Notes: generated by a model not told the origin, from the sequence alone. Shown: positions 27,466-39,560, numbered from the stretch's first letter. The stretch: DNA of 64,000 bases from a virus (IMGVR_UViG_3300044733_004704:67023-131022); one strand, 5' to 3'. Made by a program: numbers and translations.

Positions 27466-27983
27466 AATGTTAAAATATATCTATTATCACCAAATCCCAA
27501 AGGCTCTGGATCGCTTGCTCTTTCGTACTTAAAATGACCAATATTAGATAAATTATTATCAAATGCTATTTCACTAGCATTCTTTATTTTGCTTAATAAA
27601 TTAATATTACATAAGCTTTGTATTGATCCATCTGGAATATTTACAACTTTAGAATTAATATTTAAGAAATATTTGCTATCAAAGATAAAAGCTAAATAAA
27701 TAGTTTCGCTAGAGCTAGAACCTTTAAGTGTTCCTTGACCAACACAAACAGGACAAACACCACCTTCCGGAAAGCTTGCTGGTCCAGTACCATTATAAAT
27801 ATTACTAGATAATAATGAAATAGGATCAAAAATACAATTATTACAGTATGTGGTTGTTATCTGATTATCAAAAAATATTTTGCATGGTAGAGATAGAGCA
27901 TTGTTTTCTAGTAAACTATCTATGGCATTATTAAAAGTATTTTTCAGTTCTTTAGAAATAATACCACTAAAAGGATTTGTCAT
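27450..27983 (-). CDS. putative head-closure/neck protein with Zn-binding CxxC pairs
   Basis: CNNC...CPVC motifs; synteny. Confidence 0.5.
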   Translation of the reverse strand: MTNPFSGIISKELKNTFNNAIDSLLENNALSLPCKIFFDNQITTTYCNNCIFDPISLLSSNIYNGTGPASFPEGGVCPVCVGQGTLKGSSSSETIYLAFIFDSKYFLNINSKVVNIPDGSIQSLCNINLLSKIKNASEIAFDNNLSNIGHFKYERASDPEPLGFGDNRYILTLWKKK

Positions 27984-28177
27984 GATTGTATCACTAGGGT
28001 CTCAATTGCGCTATCGTTTATTGTTAAAATAGATTTTATTAACAAAAAATTATTAATACTATTAGATTCGTTAACGGTTATGGTGTGAGAAATATTATTA
28101 ACATTATTAATATTTAATGTTTTATATACTATATTAAGAACATTGCTGCTAGTTTCATCCAAAAGATTGATTATCAT
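27980..28177 (-). CDS. hypothetical protein
   Basis: Overlapping stop/start codons with both neighbours. Confidence 0.45.
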   Translation of the reverse strand: MIINLLDETSSNVLNIVYKTLNINNVNNISHTITVNESNSINNFLLIKSILTINDSAIETLVIQS

Positions 28178-28401
28178 ACTGATTTTGGCTCACCGGCTAA
28201 ACCAGGACCAGAAGGAGCATAAGGGGCTAAAGGATCAAGTATAGAAGCTATACATAGTTCTGCCCAATTAACCGCCTCTGCATGGGTACTCCATGATGTG
28301 CCGTTGGGCCAATTGGGTTGGTATATAACAGGAGTATTATTGCCAGACACATATATACTGACAGCAAAAGAATTATTATTTATTGTATAAGTTAGATTCA
28401 T
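28174..28401 (-). CDS. hypothetical protein
   Basis: 75-aa ORF with QPNWPNGTSW...EAVNWA; tight packing. Confidence 0.55.
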   Translation of the reverse strand: MNLTYTINNNSFAVSIYVSGNNTPVIYQPNWPNGTSWSTHAEAVNWAELCIASILDPLAPYAPSGPGLAGEPKSV

Positions 28402-28415
28402 AATTTAGCCTTTTA

Positions 28416-29741
28416 TTAAGAGTTAAAAACTATACTATTCCAGTTATTATTACTAATGGATCTTTGTGTCCATGTTGTACCGTTTGTGGATGTTATAACT
28501 ATAGCACCGCTACTAATAGCAACAAAATTATTATTTCCATAAGCAATATCTGTCCAAGATGCATTAATAGCTAATCCTTGGGTCCAATTTATACCATCTG
28601 TAGAATACGCTGTTAATGCGCTGTTTGTTACCAAAACGACATATGTTCCATTTCCATATGATACACATTTCCATAATAATGAATCTGGTAGTGTTCCGGT
28701 ACTCCAATTAATACCATCAGAACTATATAACATGGTTGTTGTATTATTGCCAACAAGAATAAATTTACCATTAGCATAAATAATATCGGTCCAATCTTTT
28801 GTTTCAGGAAGTGCTCTTTGAGTCCATGTTATTCCATCTGATGATGTGGCTATCACAGAAGAATTGCTAGATATGGCTACATATGTACTATTACCATATG
28901 CTGCTGTTATCCAATTAGCATTTGGTAAGATAAAAGAACTCCATGATATTAGATCATAACTATATAGTCCTGTTGAACTGTTTGCAAACACAAGATATTT
29001 ACCATCGCCATAGATGGTTTTAGTAAATTGATTATTTGGATGAACAATATTATATGTATTATCTGACCAATTAATTCCATTGCTAGACGTATCATAATTT
29101 GAACTATTACTAGCTAATGCAAAATAACCATTATTACTATATGATAAACTTATCCAATTTCTATTATTGCTGAAACTACCACTGGTCCATGATGCTCCGT
29201 CACTACTTCTAGCATTAGCGGTTGTGGTACCAGCCGAAGCCACGAATAAAGGACCAATCGGTGTTACCGATGGTGTTGGGGTGGGTGTCAGTGTTGAGGT
29301 AAGAGTTGGAGTATTTGTTGGAGTAGGAGTAGGCGTTTCTGTATTAGAAGGAGTAATTGACGGTGTTGGCGTAGGTGTTTCTGTATTAGATGGTGTTACT
29401 GTTGGTGTTTCTGTACTAGACGGTGTTATTGTGAGAGTTTGTGTGTTTGAAGGTGTTACCGTCGGTGTTTCTGTGTTAGTAGGAGTAACGGATGGTGTTA
29501 CAGTTGGTGTTTGTGTGTTTGATGGTGTTACGGTTGGTGTTTGAGAAACAACGACTCCGCTATTGCAACATAACCAATAATAATTAGGATCATTAAAATT
29601 ATTACTATATAAATTTTGTATACTTGCTAATTCTGGATCTGTGTCTTTGCTAGTATCTAATACTTGAAAAGAATTTGCTATTTTAATAGTGGTACGACCA
29701 TTATTAATAGGATTAGTGTTTATAGATTTGTCTATATTCAT
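28416..29741 (-). CDS. virion surface protein: Thr/Pro-rich linker plus Asp-box (BNR) beta-propeller
   Basis: [10 protein letters not shown] repeats followed by [24 protein letters not shown] repeats. Confidence 0.7.
   Translation of the reverse strand: MNIDKSINTNPINNGRTTIKIANSFQVLDTSKDTDPELASIQNLYSNNFNDPNYYWLCCNSGVVVSQTPTVTPSNTQTPTVTPSVTPTNTETPTVTPSNTQTLTITPSSTETPTVTPSNTETPTPTPSITPSNTETPTPTPTNTPTLTSTLTPTPTPSVTPIGPLFVASAGTTTANARSSDGASWTSGSFSNNRNWISLSYSNNGYFALASNSSNYDTSSNGINWSDNTYNIVHPNNQFTKTIYGDGKYLVFANSSTGLYSYDLISWSSFILPNANWITAAYGNSTYVAISSNSSVIATSSDGITWTQRALPETKDWTDIIYANGKFILVGNNTTTMLYSSDGINWSTGTLPDSLLWKCVSYGNGTYVVLVTNSALTAYSTDGINWTQGLAINASWTDIAYGNNNFVAISSGAIVITSTNGTTWTQRSISNNNWNSIVFNS
29260..29545 (-). 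repeat. coding tandem repeat (TPTVTPSNT[E/Q], ~30-bp unit)
   Basis: Degenerate ggtgttac/ggtgtttctgt units visible on the plus strand. Confidence 0.85.
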
Positions 29742-29764
29742 TGTATTATATTTCTTTGAAAGGA

Positions 29765-30763
29765 TTAAATATTACTATCATATGTTATAACTAGTTTCCA
29801 AGAATCAATATTTCCACTACTAGTTGGATCAGTATCTTTTATAATAAGATTCCATACACCGGTTACAGAACTATTAAATAAATGATCAAAATTACTATTT
29901 AGAGATTCATTATTATAGTTAACAATGGATGTTTTATCATAAATTCTACAAGTTTGACCATTAGATATATTATGTAAATATTTATTACTATCAGCTTTGT
30001 TACTAAACATAAAACTAAAATTATTGGAATAATTCGGTATTTTGTGATTAGCAGATAGTAGTATTTTATCTCCGCTTGGTGGAGACAACAACAAAACCAA
30101 GTCTGTTACGTTGGAGTGATTTAGTTTGTTAATAGCCAGTTCTATATTAGATATGATTCCTGTATTCGTAACATTAACAGAACCGCTTGTTGTAGACAAA
30201 TCATTAATAGTTAAACCACTGCCATTATAAACTACAGAAAATAGATCTAGTGGACCACAATCATATGGTAAACAAAAATCTGTTTGTTCTGTAACAGTTG
30301 GTGTTGGTGTTGGTATATTGCTGCCTGTGGTTGTTGGTAAATTGGTTGTTTGTACAACCAAAGGATCCAAACTAATTGCACAATTAGGATCAATAGTTAA
30401 ATTTCTATCTATTAGATTGATACTTCCTTGAGACAATCTAACATTATTAAGTTTAATGGTTCCGACATTTTTAACATCAAGATCATAAACCGCTGTTAAA
30501 AAATTAAAAGATTTTGTATGATCCGCACTAAATTTTATTACTATAGTTCCGAGATTATCTCCTGTTATGCTCCATCCATCAACATCATAATTAGCTAATG
30601 CTTGACTAGAATATTTTCTAATAGATCCGTCGTCGCCTAGTATGCCAAATTCGACACACTTATTACTAAGATTTATCGGGTCGCCGGAACTGTTATTATA
30701 TACAAAATTAATCTGAAAATCAGATCCTTTTTCTATTGGAAAATTATAATTAACAGCTACCAT
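29765..30763 (-). CDS. virion protein with C-terminal proprotein-convertase P-domain-like fold
   Basis: N-term [11 protein letters not shown] (shared with 39809..40213); C-term [16 protein letters not shown]...GVWNLIIKD...[10 protein letters not shown]. Confidence 0.65.
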   Translation of the reverse strand: MVAVNYNFPIEKGSDFQINFVYNNSSGDPINLSNKCVEFGILGDDGSIRKYSSQALANYDVDGWSITGDNLGTIVIKFSADHTKSFNFLTAVYDLDVKNVGTIKLNNVRLSQGSINLIDRNLTIDPNCAISLDPLVVQTTNLPTTTGSNIPTPTPTVTEQTDFCLPYDCGPLDLFSVVYNGSGLTINDLSTTSGSVNVTNTGIISNIELAINKLNHSNVTDLVLLLSPPSGDKILLSANHKIPNYSNNFSFMFSNKADSNKYLHNISNGQTCRIYDKTSIVNYNNESLNSNFDHLFNSSVTGVWNLIIKDTDPTSSGNIDSWKLVITYDSNI

Positions 30764-30775
30764 AGAATTATTCCA

Positions 30776-31294
30776 TTAACTATAAAGGTCTCTAGCATGA
30801 TCACCAGGATATCGTAAATAACTCGGATCAAAATTATTACCAACAAACGGACTAAGAATACCCCGTAGTAAGCTAGTATTACCTATTTCATAATCAAGTT
30901 TTAGATCCTCATACATTTTACAAGGACCATTAACTAAAAGAAATTGATAAGAGCTATTTCCACCAACACTAATATTAGCTGGTCCTAAAGCGGCTCTGAT
31001 ACCCTCTGTAGCGGCCCGTGTGCGTAAACTACTTTGATCTAAAAAGCAAGACGATTTTAATGCTATAAAACTAATAAAATCTACATCTTTATTTTCTAAA
31101 AGAGTAGGATCAGGAATTATATCAGGATTGATAATATTAATACTATATTCGTTATTTAAATTAACTTCTCTTGTAACGTATTGAGCCGCTACAACTATTA
31201 GTTGCTGGATTCTTTCGTCACTATATGTTGGATTATCACTAAGATCATTAATTAAACTACGAACTATAATTGGTATTTCTAGCTGCCAGCTCAT
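30776..31294 (-). CDS. putative head-tail adaptor
   Basis: VRSLINDL..PTYSDERIQQLI pattern typical of connector proteins; size. Confidence 0.55.
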   Translation of the reverse strand: MSWQLEIPIIVRSLINDLSDNPTYSDERIQQLIVVAAQYVTREVNLNNEYSINIINPDIIPDPTLLENKDVDFISFIALKSSCFLDQSSLRTRAATEGIRAALGPANISVGGNSSYQFLLVNGPCKMYEDLKLDYEIGNTSLLRGILSPFVGNNFDPSYLRYPGDHARDLYS

Positions 31295-31363
31295 AGGGTA
31301 TCCCCTGAAGGTTAGTATTTAACTTATACACCATTTTATAGGTAGCAACTAGCTTAATACGCT

Positions 31364-31549
31364 TCAGGTCGGAGCTGGTGAATTTGATCCAACTTTATTA
31401 TTTTGTTCAGTTAAATTCTTGCTTATAGAACTTAGTTTCTCATAAAGTTGACCAATAGCTACCAAATCTTGGGCCTTAAAAACGCCTCTTTGAGTAGCAA
31501 GATCAATAACCACCATAAGATTCTGAATATCACCTTGATTTAATTCCAT
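31364..31549 (-). CDS. small hypothetical protein (fibre-associated)
   Basis: IDLATQRGVFKAQDLVAIGQLYEKL; follows the fibre genes. Confidence 0.55.
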   Translation of the reverse strand: MELNQGDIQNLMVVIDLATQRGVFKAQDLVAIGQLYEKLSSISKNLTEQNNKVGSNSPAPT

Positions 31550-31560
31550 AATTTTTCCCC

Positions 31561-31884
31561 TTATTCTGGACTGTTAATTGGAGCAATAACACCCTGTTCT
31601 GCTCCTGCTTTTCCTATATATAATAGTAATGATTGCACTATATTTGCAAGGTCACTATCTTCTACGCTTTTGCTTAATAAATTATCAATAACTAACCAAG
31701 TTCCGTTATCTCCCGGCATATATTCTGCCACACCATCAAATACTCCAAATTTTTTCAAACGAACTCTAGCAGTAGCCTCACCGCCCAAAGTTCCCGCACT
31801 AATAATTATTTCTTCAACCCATAATTTATCATATGTTTTTGCTGGAACTGTGGATACTATTGCTGGACTTAAAACTGGTAACAT
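31561..31884 (-). CDS. hypothetical protein (possible fibre chaperone)
   Basis: 107-aa ORF directly after the tail fibre. Confidence 0.55.
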   Translation of the reverse strand: MLPVLSPAIVSTVPAKTYDKLWVEEIIISAGTLGGEATARVRLKKFGVFDGVAEYMPGDNGTWLVIDNLLSKSVEDSDLANIVQSLLLYIGKAGAEQGVIAPINSPE

Positions 31885-31885
31885 A

Positions 31886-34800
31886 TTAATTTCCTTCTAG
31901 TATGGATAAACGATCTTTTAAATTATTAATTATAATTTGTTGATCTTGTATAGCTTTAATTAAAAGAGCAACCATATTACCATAATGTATGGAATCTGGT
32001 CTATTTTCATTATCATATTGTACAAATTCTGTTAATCCTATTTTATCTACTTCTTCAGCAATTAAACCACCAAATATTTTATTACCATCATTATAGCTTT
32101 TAAATATTACGCTTTTTAATTGTAAAACTTCATTTAGTCCATGAGTGGCATCATTTACATCGGTTTTATATCTTAATGATGATGTTGATCTATATAAAAA
32201 TCCATCGCTACCAACCACCATATTAGCAGCAGTGGCGGTTGTATTATTGTATGGAGAAACCGCTGCTGTACCAGTATTTATGGCCCCATCATCTCTGGTA
32301 TATAAAAGAGCTGCTCCACTACTATTCGAAATATAAAAAGAAACTGTTGAACTAGTAGCTCCAGATCCTCTTACCTCAAAACGATATGTTGGCGATACAC
32401 CAATGCCAGTATTACCACCAAAATAATTTTTACCAGTATGTTCTACATATATACCCCACCTATTGGTAACTGTAGCACCAGAACTAGCATCACTACAATA
32501 AATATCGAAAGCATTTGTTATTGTTCCAGCGGCTCTCCATAGTATATGTTGTATTCCAATTGCTGTTGTAGTTACTGGAGAAACAGCAGAAGTATTATAA
32601 TGACCATATTGATTATATATACCATATAATGTACTTAATGTGCCAATATCATTAGTTAATGCATAATTACGTAGATTATTATTAGCTATACCAATACTAC
32701 TACCACTATTTGTTATTCCAGAATTAATCTTAAAATATGTATTTATAGCTACATTTCTGATAGCATAATTACCATTAGTTGTAGCATAACTATATGTGGC
32801 GCTTGATAGATTATCTCCAGTATTGGTATTGGTAAAATCTTTTATAGCTACTAAAGATGGATTTGTAGTATACGAATCTGTTCTTGTTCCACCCCCAATA
32901 ACTAATTTATAATCATTAGAAGGAGATGCTCCTAGTCCAGTATTACCGCCACTTTGTACTGTTAGTAATGTGCTGTCACCAGCTCCATAACCACTATTTT
33001 CTATTAATTTTAGAGATCTTGTCCCACTTGAAGCATCGTTTTGCCATGCAAAGCCACCCTTTCCATTAACATCAATTTGAATAGCGGCTTTGCCAGTACC
33101 TCCACTAGTTGTTTGTAAACCTTGTGTTGTTATCAGTCCGTCGCTAGCTGTTGTATAGGATAATATACGACCTCTAATATCAACTTTAAATCCACTACTG
33201 ACTGAATTTGTTCCTATTCCAACATTTCCAGACGCATCGATACGTAATCTTTCAGTATCATTTGTCCAAAAAACAAGAGGAATATTTGCTCTTTGACGAA
33301 TGTGCGATGCTATTGTTCCACCATATATCTCTAAATCGCAGGCAGCGCTAGCTTGTGATAATATACGAAGTCCGGGAGCATTAGCATTAGAAATAACGAT
33401 ACCGCCATTCGGATTTGCAAAAGATGGACTATTAGTTCCTATTCCAACATTTCCACTGGAATCAATTCGCATAGCTTCTTGAAATCCAGCCCTCATGAAT
33501 CTAATAGCACCAGTAGTATTACTACCACCAAGACCAACAACCATATTACTACCATCAATTAACTCAAGAACTCTAGTTTCATTATTACATTGATCAATTA
33601 AAGTGGCATTGTTTTGAGCGTCATCATGAAGTATTATTTCTCCACCATTTTCGTTATAGTTAAATCTATGAGAAATTGACCCACTGTTTAGTTTAAAATC
33701 AATATTATTACTTGCTGTGATTCTAATCTTTTCTGTAGCAGCACTATTAGATCCGCTAGTAACAAATATTGTCATTCCATCAAAATAATCAGCATTAATA
33801 CGCCCCATTTCTACATTAGATCTTCTAAAACTGATTCCAGCACCATTAGAAAATCCACCACTAACTTCAGCAATAATGACCTGTTCTTCTGATGTTGTTG
33901 TATTCAACACATGCAAATGAGATGAAGGGCTACTTGTTCCTATGCCAACATTTCCATCACTAGTTATTCTCATTCTTTCTATTGGAGTACTAGTATTTGC
34001 TCCACCACTAGTAGTACGAAATACTAATGACGCATTAAAACTAGGAACATCTATTGCTAATATATCAGCACCCCAACCAGTAGTATAAATATTATGTTTA
34101 AATCTAATTCCAGCGAATGATTGACTTGTTCCAACAGTGCCGTCTAATAGTAAAGTGGCTTTTTCAGAATTTGATGTTGCGCTTGAAAATACAGAAAGAG
34201 GAAGAGTTGGACTACTAGTTCCTATCCCAACATTTCCAGAACTATCAATAACAAATGGCGAAGTATCACCAGTAACATCATTAACAACAAAACAGTTTCC
34301 AGTACCATCATGAGTAATAGTAAGAGGTACATTTGTGCCGCTAGAACTAATTGTAACACCAGTTGAGAAAACTGTAGCGGCGGTAAATGTTTTAGCTCCG
34401 CTAATAGTTTGAACGCCAGTTGTTCGCACAACCGTACTATCAACAGCTATACTATCCGCACTAACACTTATTCCATCGCCCTGACCGATATGTATTGTTC
34501 TGTTCGCAACAAGGCTTCCACCACCAGCCAAACCACTTCCTGCCGTAATTGTTATCCCATCCCAAGCAGCTTCTATGGCCCCTCTAGCAGCTGATAGAGA
34601 CTCTCCTTCTGGATGTAATGCGTAGAAAAAATAATTCAACAAATATCCGTCCAATGAATAGTACTCACCACCCAAATTAAAATATATCTGAGACGTATAA
34701 TGCGTATGAGTATTTAATTGTGTTTGTATAGAGCTTGCTACTCCTTTAACATAACTCAATTCTGTAAGTGAAGGATAAGTACTAGTACTAAGAGAAACAA

Positions 34801-35116
34801 CATTTTTATTAGCATCAAAACTTGCTACTCTACTAGCTGTTTGATTAGATATAGCTAATCCACTAGCGAAATTTCCACTACCAGTTACATTTAATAAGCT
34901 TCCATCAAAAGATAAATTACTTTCAGCATTAATTCCAACCGTCGAGCCGGTGCTAGTGAGTATTCTATTATCACCACTATTAGCAATGGTCGGCAGTAAT
35001 CCACTAACACTACTATTAAAATTACTATTATTAATATTTAAAGTAGTAAAATATCCACTAACTGCTGTTATTGTTCCACTAGTAGTTAAATCATGATCAT
35101 TAAAATTAATACTCAT
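31886..35116 (-). CDS. tail fibre with C-terminal peptidase S74 intramolecular chaperone
   Basis: Repeated RIDSSGNVGIGT units; C-term SSLRYKTDVND...GLIAEEV...coiled coil. Confidence 0.85.
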   Translation of the reverse strand: MSINFNDHDLTTSGTITAVSGYFTTLNINNSNFNSSVSGLLPTIANSGDNRILTSTGSTVGINAESNLSFDGSLLNVTGSGNFASGLAISNQTASRVASFDANKNVVSLSTSTYPSLTELSYVKGVASSIQTQLNTHTHYTSQIYFNLGGEYYSLDGYLLNYFFYALHPEGESLSAARGAIEAAWDGITITAGSGLAGGGSLVANRTIHIGQGDGISVSADSIAVDSTVVRTTGVQTISGAKTFTAATVFSTGVTISSSGTNVPLTITHDGTGNCFVVNDVTGDTSPFVIDSSGNVGIGTSSPTLPLSVFSSATSNSEKATLLLDGTVGTSQSFAGIRFKHNIYTTGWGADILAIDVPSFNASLVFRTTSGGANTSTPIERMRITSDGNVGIGTSSPSSHLHVLNTTTSEEQVIIAEVSGGFSNGAGISFRRSNVEMGRINADYFDGMTIFVTSGSNSAATEKIRITASNNIDFKLNSGSISHRFNYNENGGEIILHDDAQNNATLIDQCNNETRVLELIDGSNMVVGLGGSNTTGAIRFMRAGFQEAMRIDSSGNVGIGTNSPSFANPNGGIVISNANAPGLRILSQASAACDLEIYGGTIASHIRQRANIPLVFWTNDTERLRIDASGNVGIGTNSVSSGFKVDIRGRILSYTTASDGLITTQGLQTTSGGTGKAAIQIDVNGKGGFAWQNDASSGTRSLKLIENSGYGAGDSTLLTVQSGGNTGLGASPSNDYKLVIGGGTRTDSYTTNPSLVAIKDFTNTNTGDNLSSATYSYATTNGNYAIRNVAINTYFKINSGITNSGSSIGIANNNLRNYALTNDIGTLSTLYGIYNQYGHYNTSAVSPVTTTAIGIQHILWRAAGTITNAFDIYCSDASSGATVTNRWGIYVEHTGKNYFGGNTGIGVSPTYRFEVRGSGATSSTVSFYISNSSGAALLYTRDDGAINTGTAAVSPYNNTTATAANMVVGSDGFLYRSTSSLRYKTDVNDATHGLNEVLQLKSVIFKSYNDGNKIFGGLIAEEVDKIGLTEFVQYDNENRPDSIHYGNMVALLIKAIQDQQIIINNLKDRLSILEGN

Positions 35117-35127
35117 AAATATCTCTG

Positions 35128-37902
35128 TTATGGAATAAAGTTATATTTTTGTCCACCCATATAAGGTGGAGTAACTGTTGGTGTGGGCGTTGGTGTTTTT
35201 GTTACAGTATTTGTGACCGTTGGTGTTGTTGTAGGAGTTATAGTTGGTGTGGTTGTGACAGAAGGAGTGGGAGTTGGACTGGAAGCCACTCCACTATAAA
35301 TTGTTTGAACCAAATCTACTCCTGCTGTCCAAAGAATATTATTACTATTTAATCCATTAACATTAATATCTAAGCTATATGTTCCGGTATTGGCCACAAC
35401 AGTTGCTGTTACTCCATTAAGACTGCTATCAATAAAGTTTTCTTCTATAAGTGATCCAACCAATGATGTTGTTGAGCTATTTCTTTTAATACACCCTCTA
35501 AAATTCCAACTAGCAGCACCCTCATTGGTACTACTAAAACAATTTAAATTAATACTAAAATTCCATACGCTATTTGATGATAATACTAATTTAGAACTTA
35601 CTCCATCGGTATATAGAGTTGTTGAACTATTATCTGATGTGCTATTTCTAACAGTAAGCGAGCTTTTTTGAGAATCACCAGTAATATTAAAATAGCCATT
35701 ACTCAATCCTAAGTTTCCGTACGGATCGGTTGTGCCAATTCCTAATTTATTTCCACTAGATAAAAATATTAATCCGCTTTCGGCATCTATTCCTGTGCTA
35801 CTTCCATCACTAGTTAGTAATCTATTATCAGAGTAATTATTTATTGATACTCCACCAGCCGATCCAGTATATGCTATATTGATTATATTACTACTATCAT
35901 TATAACTAATATTAATTCCACTAATTCCAACTAGTAAATCATTTACTCTATCATCAACAGCCTCATCCCAGTTAGTAATATCGCTATTTGTATGAGTGTG
36001 ACCACTTAAACTTACGCCAGTACCATTAACTTGTAAACTTTGAGTAAAATTACCGCTAGGAGCGCTAATACTTCCAGTAAAAGTTGCTCCACTCAGACTT
36101 GCTTTACCAGCTAAAGTATTTGTAATCGTTGTGCTAAAATTAGCATCGTTTCCTAGCGCTGCTGCTAACTCATTCAAAGTATCCAGGGTAGATGGCGCAG
36201 AATTTACAAGATTACTAATTTCTGTTCTTACAAATGAGGTACTAGCTATTTGATTAGTATTTGTACCACTAGTTGCTGTTGGAACTAATGGAACTCCTGT
36301 AAAAGTTGGACTATTATTAAATACTAATAATCCAGAACCAGTCTCATCGGATATTACTGAACTTAATTGAGACGATGTAGTATTTGCAAATTGATTTAAT
36401 GTTCCTGTTAACGGAGCATATATACCATTAACCAAACCACTAACAGATGAGTTAAAATTAGTTATATCACTAGAACTATGAGTATGACCACTAAGACTAA
36501 CTCCAATATTATTAACGGCTAGATTTGTAAAATTTCCACTAGTAGAATTTATTAGCCCATTAGACGTAAGTCCATTAACAAAATTATGAATTGCATTAAC
36601 TGTTCTATTATTATCCACATGTAAATATTGAGAGTGATCATCATCACCTAGCCCGAACAAACTTCCGTGATCATTCTGAGTAACTCCAGCAATAGTGCTA
36701 ATTACGGCTACTCGTATATCAAGAATACTAAGTAAAGTACATTTGGGAACATTTGTATAATCACTGTCACCAGCAAATATTAATCGATAAAGAGGTTTAA
36801 CTTCGCTTAATGGAAGATTAGTAAGATTAACATCACTCCAAGAGTTATTGCTCTCAGCCGATCCTTGATTGCTATCAATTCTTTGACCCATAATACTAAT
36901 TATAGGATCATCAATCTGATTAGTTGCAAGAATCCATGCTGCAAAGTATCTTGTTTGTCCACCGGGACTAACATCGGGAATTGTCCAATTGCCACCAGTT
37001 AATAAGTTATATTGTGGTCCATTAGCGCCATATTTAACAGGATAGTCTGTTGCGGTATTCTTAACCCACTGACCAGTAGTTCCTTGGTGATAATAAACGG
37101 GAATTTGAGCAATCGGACTTAACTCTTGACAGAACGGATCAGTACTAGAACTATCAGTAATATTTATTTCAATATCTTCTTGATAAAGAGTACCGTTGCC
37201 AATTGATATGGTTGCATGACTATTGCTAGACCCATCTCCGCCTAAAACATAATTACCAATGCTCAAACCGTCAACATATTGTGCGCCAAAAGTATAATGA
37301 ATCCACTTGTGGGTGCTAGTGTCCATCACAATACCATGACGTTCTTCAGCAAAGAAAGTCATTTGTCCACTAGGACCAACTCCACTATTCCAAGCCACAT
37401 ATGCGATAGGAATATCAGTAGAAAAATCAAAGCTTGTAGTTTTATTTGATATTTGATTATTAATAGTGTCAAAATGAATATAATTAATTTGGGTAAGATT
37501 TGGTATAGTTAAACTATCACCACTAGTTTTAACAACTTTAATACCCTTATTATAATAACTATATGAACTTCCTGTGGGTTCTATTGTAAATATGTTTCCA
37601 CTAACACTAATTCTACTATCAGTTCTATTAACAAATCCTTGAGGTTGTTGACTGTCAACATGGACTAAGTTTGTAGAAGCAACGGTATAAATACCACTAT
37701 TATTAGTTATAGATATATCATATCCAGCCGCTATATTCTGATTGACTCCACTAAGCTGTGTCCAAACCGAAATACCATCACCTATCTTAAAGATTTTATT
37801 AGTTAAATCATATCCTGGTTCACCGCTAGCTAATACTGGATTAGCACTACTCCATTCTGTACTGGAGCCTTTTCTGAATAGAATATAATCATTTACTGGC
37901 AT
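35128..37902 (-). CDS. fibre protein (Mtd-N-like start, HTH repeats, C-terminal Thr/Pro tract)
   Basis: FRKGSSTEWSSANPVLASGEPGYD...KIGDG; APSTLDTLNELAAALGNDANF; SGHTH motifs. Confidence 0.8.
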   Translation of the reverse strand: MPVNDYILFRKGSSTEWSSANPVLASGEPGYDLTNKIFKIGDGISVWTQLSGVNQNIAAGYDISITNNSGIYTVASTNLVHVDSQQPQGFVNRTDSRISVSGNIFTIEPTGSSYSYYNKGIKVVKTSGDSLTIPNLTQINYIHFDTINNQISNKTTSFDFSTDIPIAYVAWNSGVGPSGQMTFFAEERHGIVMDTSTHKWIHYTFGAQYVDGLSIGNYVLGGDGSSNSHATISIGNGTLYQEDIEINITDSSSTDPFCQELSPIAQIPVYYHQGTTGQWVKNTATDYPVKYGANGPQYNLLTGGNWTIPDVSPGGQTRYFAAWILATNQIDDPIISIMGQRIDSNQGSAESNNSWSDVNLTNLPLSEVKPLYRLIFAGDSDYTNVPKCTLLSILDIRVAVISTIAGVTQNDHGSLFGLGDDDHSQYLHVDNNRTVNAIHNFVNGLTSNGLINSTSGNFTNLAVNNIGVSLSGHTHSSSDITNFNSSVSGLVNGIYAPLTGTLNQFANTTSSQLSSVISDETGSGLLVFNNSPTFTGVPLVPTATSGTNTNQIASTSFVRTEISNLVNSAPSTLDTLNELAAALGNDANFSTTITNTLAGKASLSGATFTGSISAPSGNFTQSLQVNGTGVSLSGHTHTNSDITNWDEAVDDRVNDLLVGISGINISYNDSSNIINIAYTGSAGGVSINNYSDNRLLTSDGSSTGIDAESGLIFLSSGNKLGIGTTDPYGNLGLSNGYFNITGDSQKSSLTVRNSTSDNSSTTLYTDGVSSKLVLSSNSVWNFSINLNCFSSTNEGAASWNFRGCIKRNSSTTSLVGSLIEENFIDSSLNGVTATVVANTGTYSLDINVNGLNSNNILWTAGVDLVQTIYSGVASSPTPTPSVTTTPTITPTTTPTVTNTVTKTPTPTPTVTPPYMGGQKYNFIP

Positions 37903-37934
37903 AAAATATCCTCAAAATCTACCAGTATTATAAA

Positions 37935-39560
37935 TTATGGAGAGCCACCATCAATTATAGCATAGTATATATAAGTTGGATTAAGAGCACTAACACCACT
38001 AATTCTTGTTAATCCATCAATAACACTGCTAGTTTGACCAAGATTAATATTAGTGCTACCTAAAGTTATTCCACTACTAGCTAATTTAGTCACAGCAATA
38101 GCGGCACTAGCATTAATATCTTCATTTACTATAGTACCATTAACAATTTTAGCACTAGTAACAGTGTTATCAGATAGTGTTGTACTAATACTTAGTGTTC
38201 CATTACCAAGATCTGTTAATGTTACACTACTACTTCCGGTAACATCTCCAGTTAATGTTCCAGTAATAATTGGGTCGGGTAATCCTGTTAAGCTAGCAAA
38301 ATTTCGATAATAACTACCATGCTCTCCATCTAACAAATCAGCATTTAGATTAGTAACCAAGTCTGTAGATGTTACTTGTAAACTATCGCTAATAAAATCA
38401 CCAGACGTATAAACATTTCCACCAGTAAATTCCCATCTATTATCACTAATATCCCATACTATGCTACGAGCAATAGTGTTATCATGATCATAAACTTGCA
38501 AACCGCCTTGAGTTTCAGCACCAGATACATTAACTTGAATTATATTATCTCCAATATCAACAGTGGTACTATTTACTGTTGTGGTTGTACCTTGAACAGT
38601 AAGATCTCCACCAACAATAACATTACCAGTTGTAGTTATACTACCAATTCCATTAATATTTTTATTACCATCTAATACAACAGCTCGATTAGAGCTAGCG
38701 GTACCAGCAACAACACCAGAAAGATATGCTAATTCACCAGTAGTAACAATGCTACTAGCATCGGTTATATTGCTCCATACATGAGTATGATTTAATAATG
38801 AATATCCACTAGTATGAATTGTTAAAGTATCTGTTCCACTATTATAATTTAGTACAACTCCAGTACCAGCAGCAAGAGTCGTATCTACTTGATCGCTTAC
38901 TGCACTAGCAAAATCTGTAATTAAAGATGATGGAATGCCAGTAACGCCGATTGTTAATGTATTACCACCATCATCATAAGTCCAGGCTACTCCACTACCA
39001 TTTCTTAAAAATCCGCTTGATCCAGCATTAGTTCCAATAGCATCTTGAGACGCTTCACCAAAATCTGTTATATCAGAGCTAGAGTGGGTATGGTTGAGTA
39101 ATGAATATCCACTAACATTAATGCTAACAAAATTACTAGCATCGTCATAATTTATAACTACCCCGGTGCCATTTCTTAAAAATCCTGTAGTTAAATGGTC
39201 ACCACTAGCAACAATATCTTGAACTTGTTCTTCACTAACAGAAGCAGCGGTAACTCTAGCATCAACAGCAGCATTAAAATCATTAATTTGTGAAGATAAT
39301 ATTCCGGTAACACTAACTGTTACGGGTGTTCCTGTTGTGGCAGAAAAGCTAATACCGATACCGCTAGTTCCTACAAGATCACTACTATTAGGTAATATGC
39401 TAGCATAAGGTAGACTATTCCATGCTGTTAATCCATCTCCTATTTTATACTTTCTAAGTGATGTGTCTAAGCCCCATTCGCCAGCACTTAGTGTTGGATT
39501 AGCGCTGATCCATTCGCTTGTTGTTCCTCTACGAACTTGAAGTAATGTTTGAACTGCCAT
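37935..39560 (-). CDS. fibre protein (Mtd-N-like start)
   Basis: QVRRGTTSEWISANPTLSAGEWGLDT...KIGDGLTAWNSLPY; NLNADLLDG; GDLTVQGTTTTVNS. Confidence 0.8.
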   Translation of the reverse strand: MAVQTLLQVRRGTTSEWISANPTLSAGEWGLDTSLRKYKIGDGLTAWNSLPYASILPNSSDLVGTSGIGISFSATTGTPVTVSVTGILSSQINDFNAAVDARVTAASVSEEQVQDIVASGDHLTTGFLRNGTGVVINYDDASNFVSINVSGYSLLNHTHSSSDITDFGEASQDAIGTNAGSSGFLRNGSGVAWTYDDGGNTLTIGVTGIPSSLITDFASAVSDQVDTTLAAGTGVVLNYNSGTDTLTIHTSGYSLLNHTHVWSNITDASSIVTTGELAYLSGVVAGTASSNRAVVLDGNKNINGIGSITTTGNVIVGGDLTVQGTTTTVNSTTVDIGDNIIQVNVSGAETQGGLQVYDHDNTIARSIVWDISDNRWEFTGGNVYTSGDFISDSLQVTSTDLVTNLNADLLDGEHGSYYRNFASLTGLPDPIITGTLTGDVTGSSSVTLTDLGNGTLSISTTLSDNTVTSAKIVNGTIVNEDINASAAIAVTKLASSGITLGSTNINLGQTSSVIDGLTRISGVSALNPTYIYYAIIDGGSP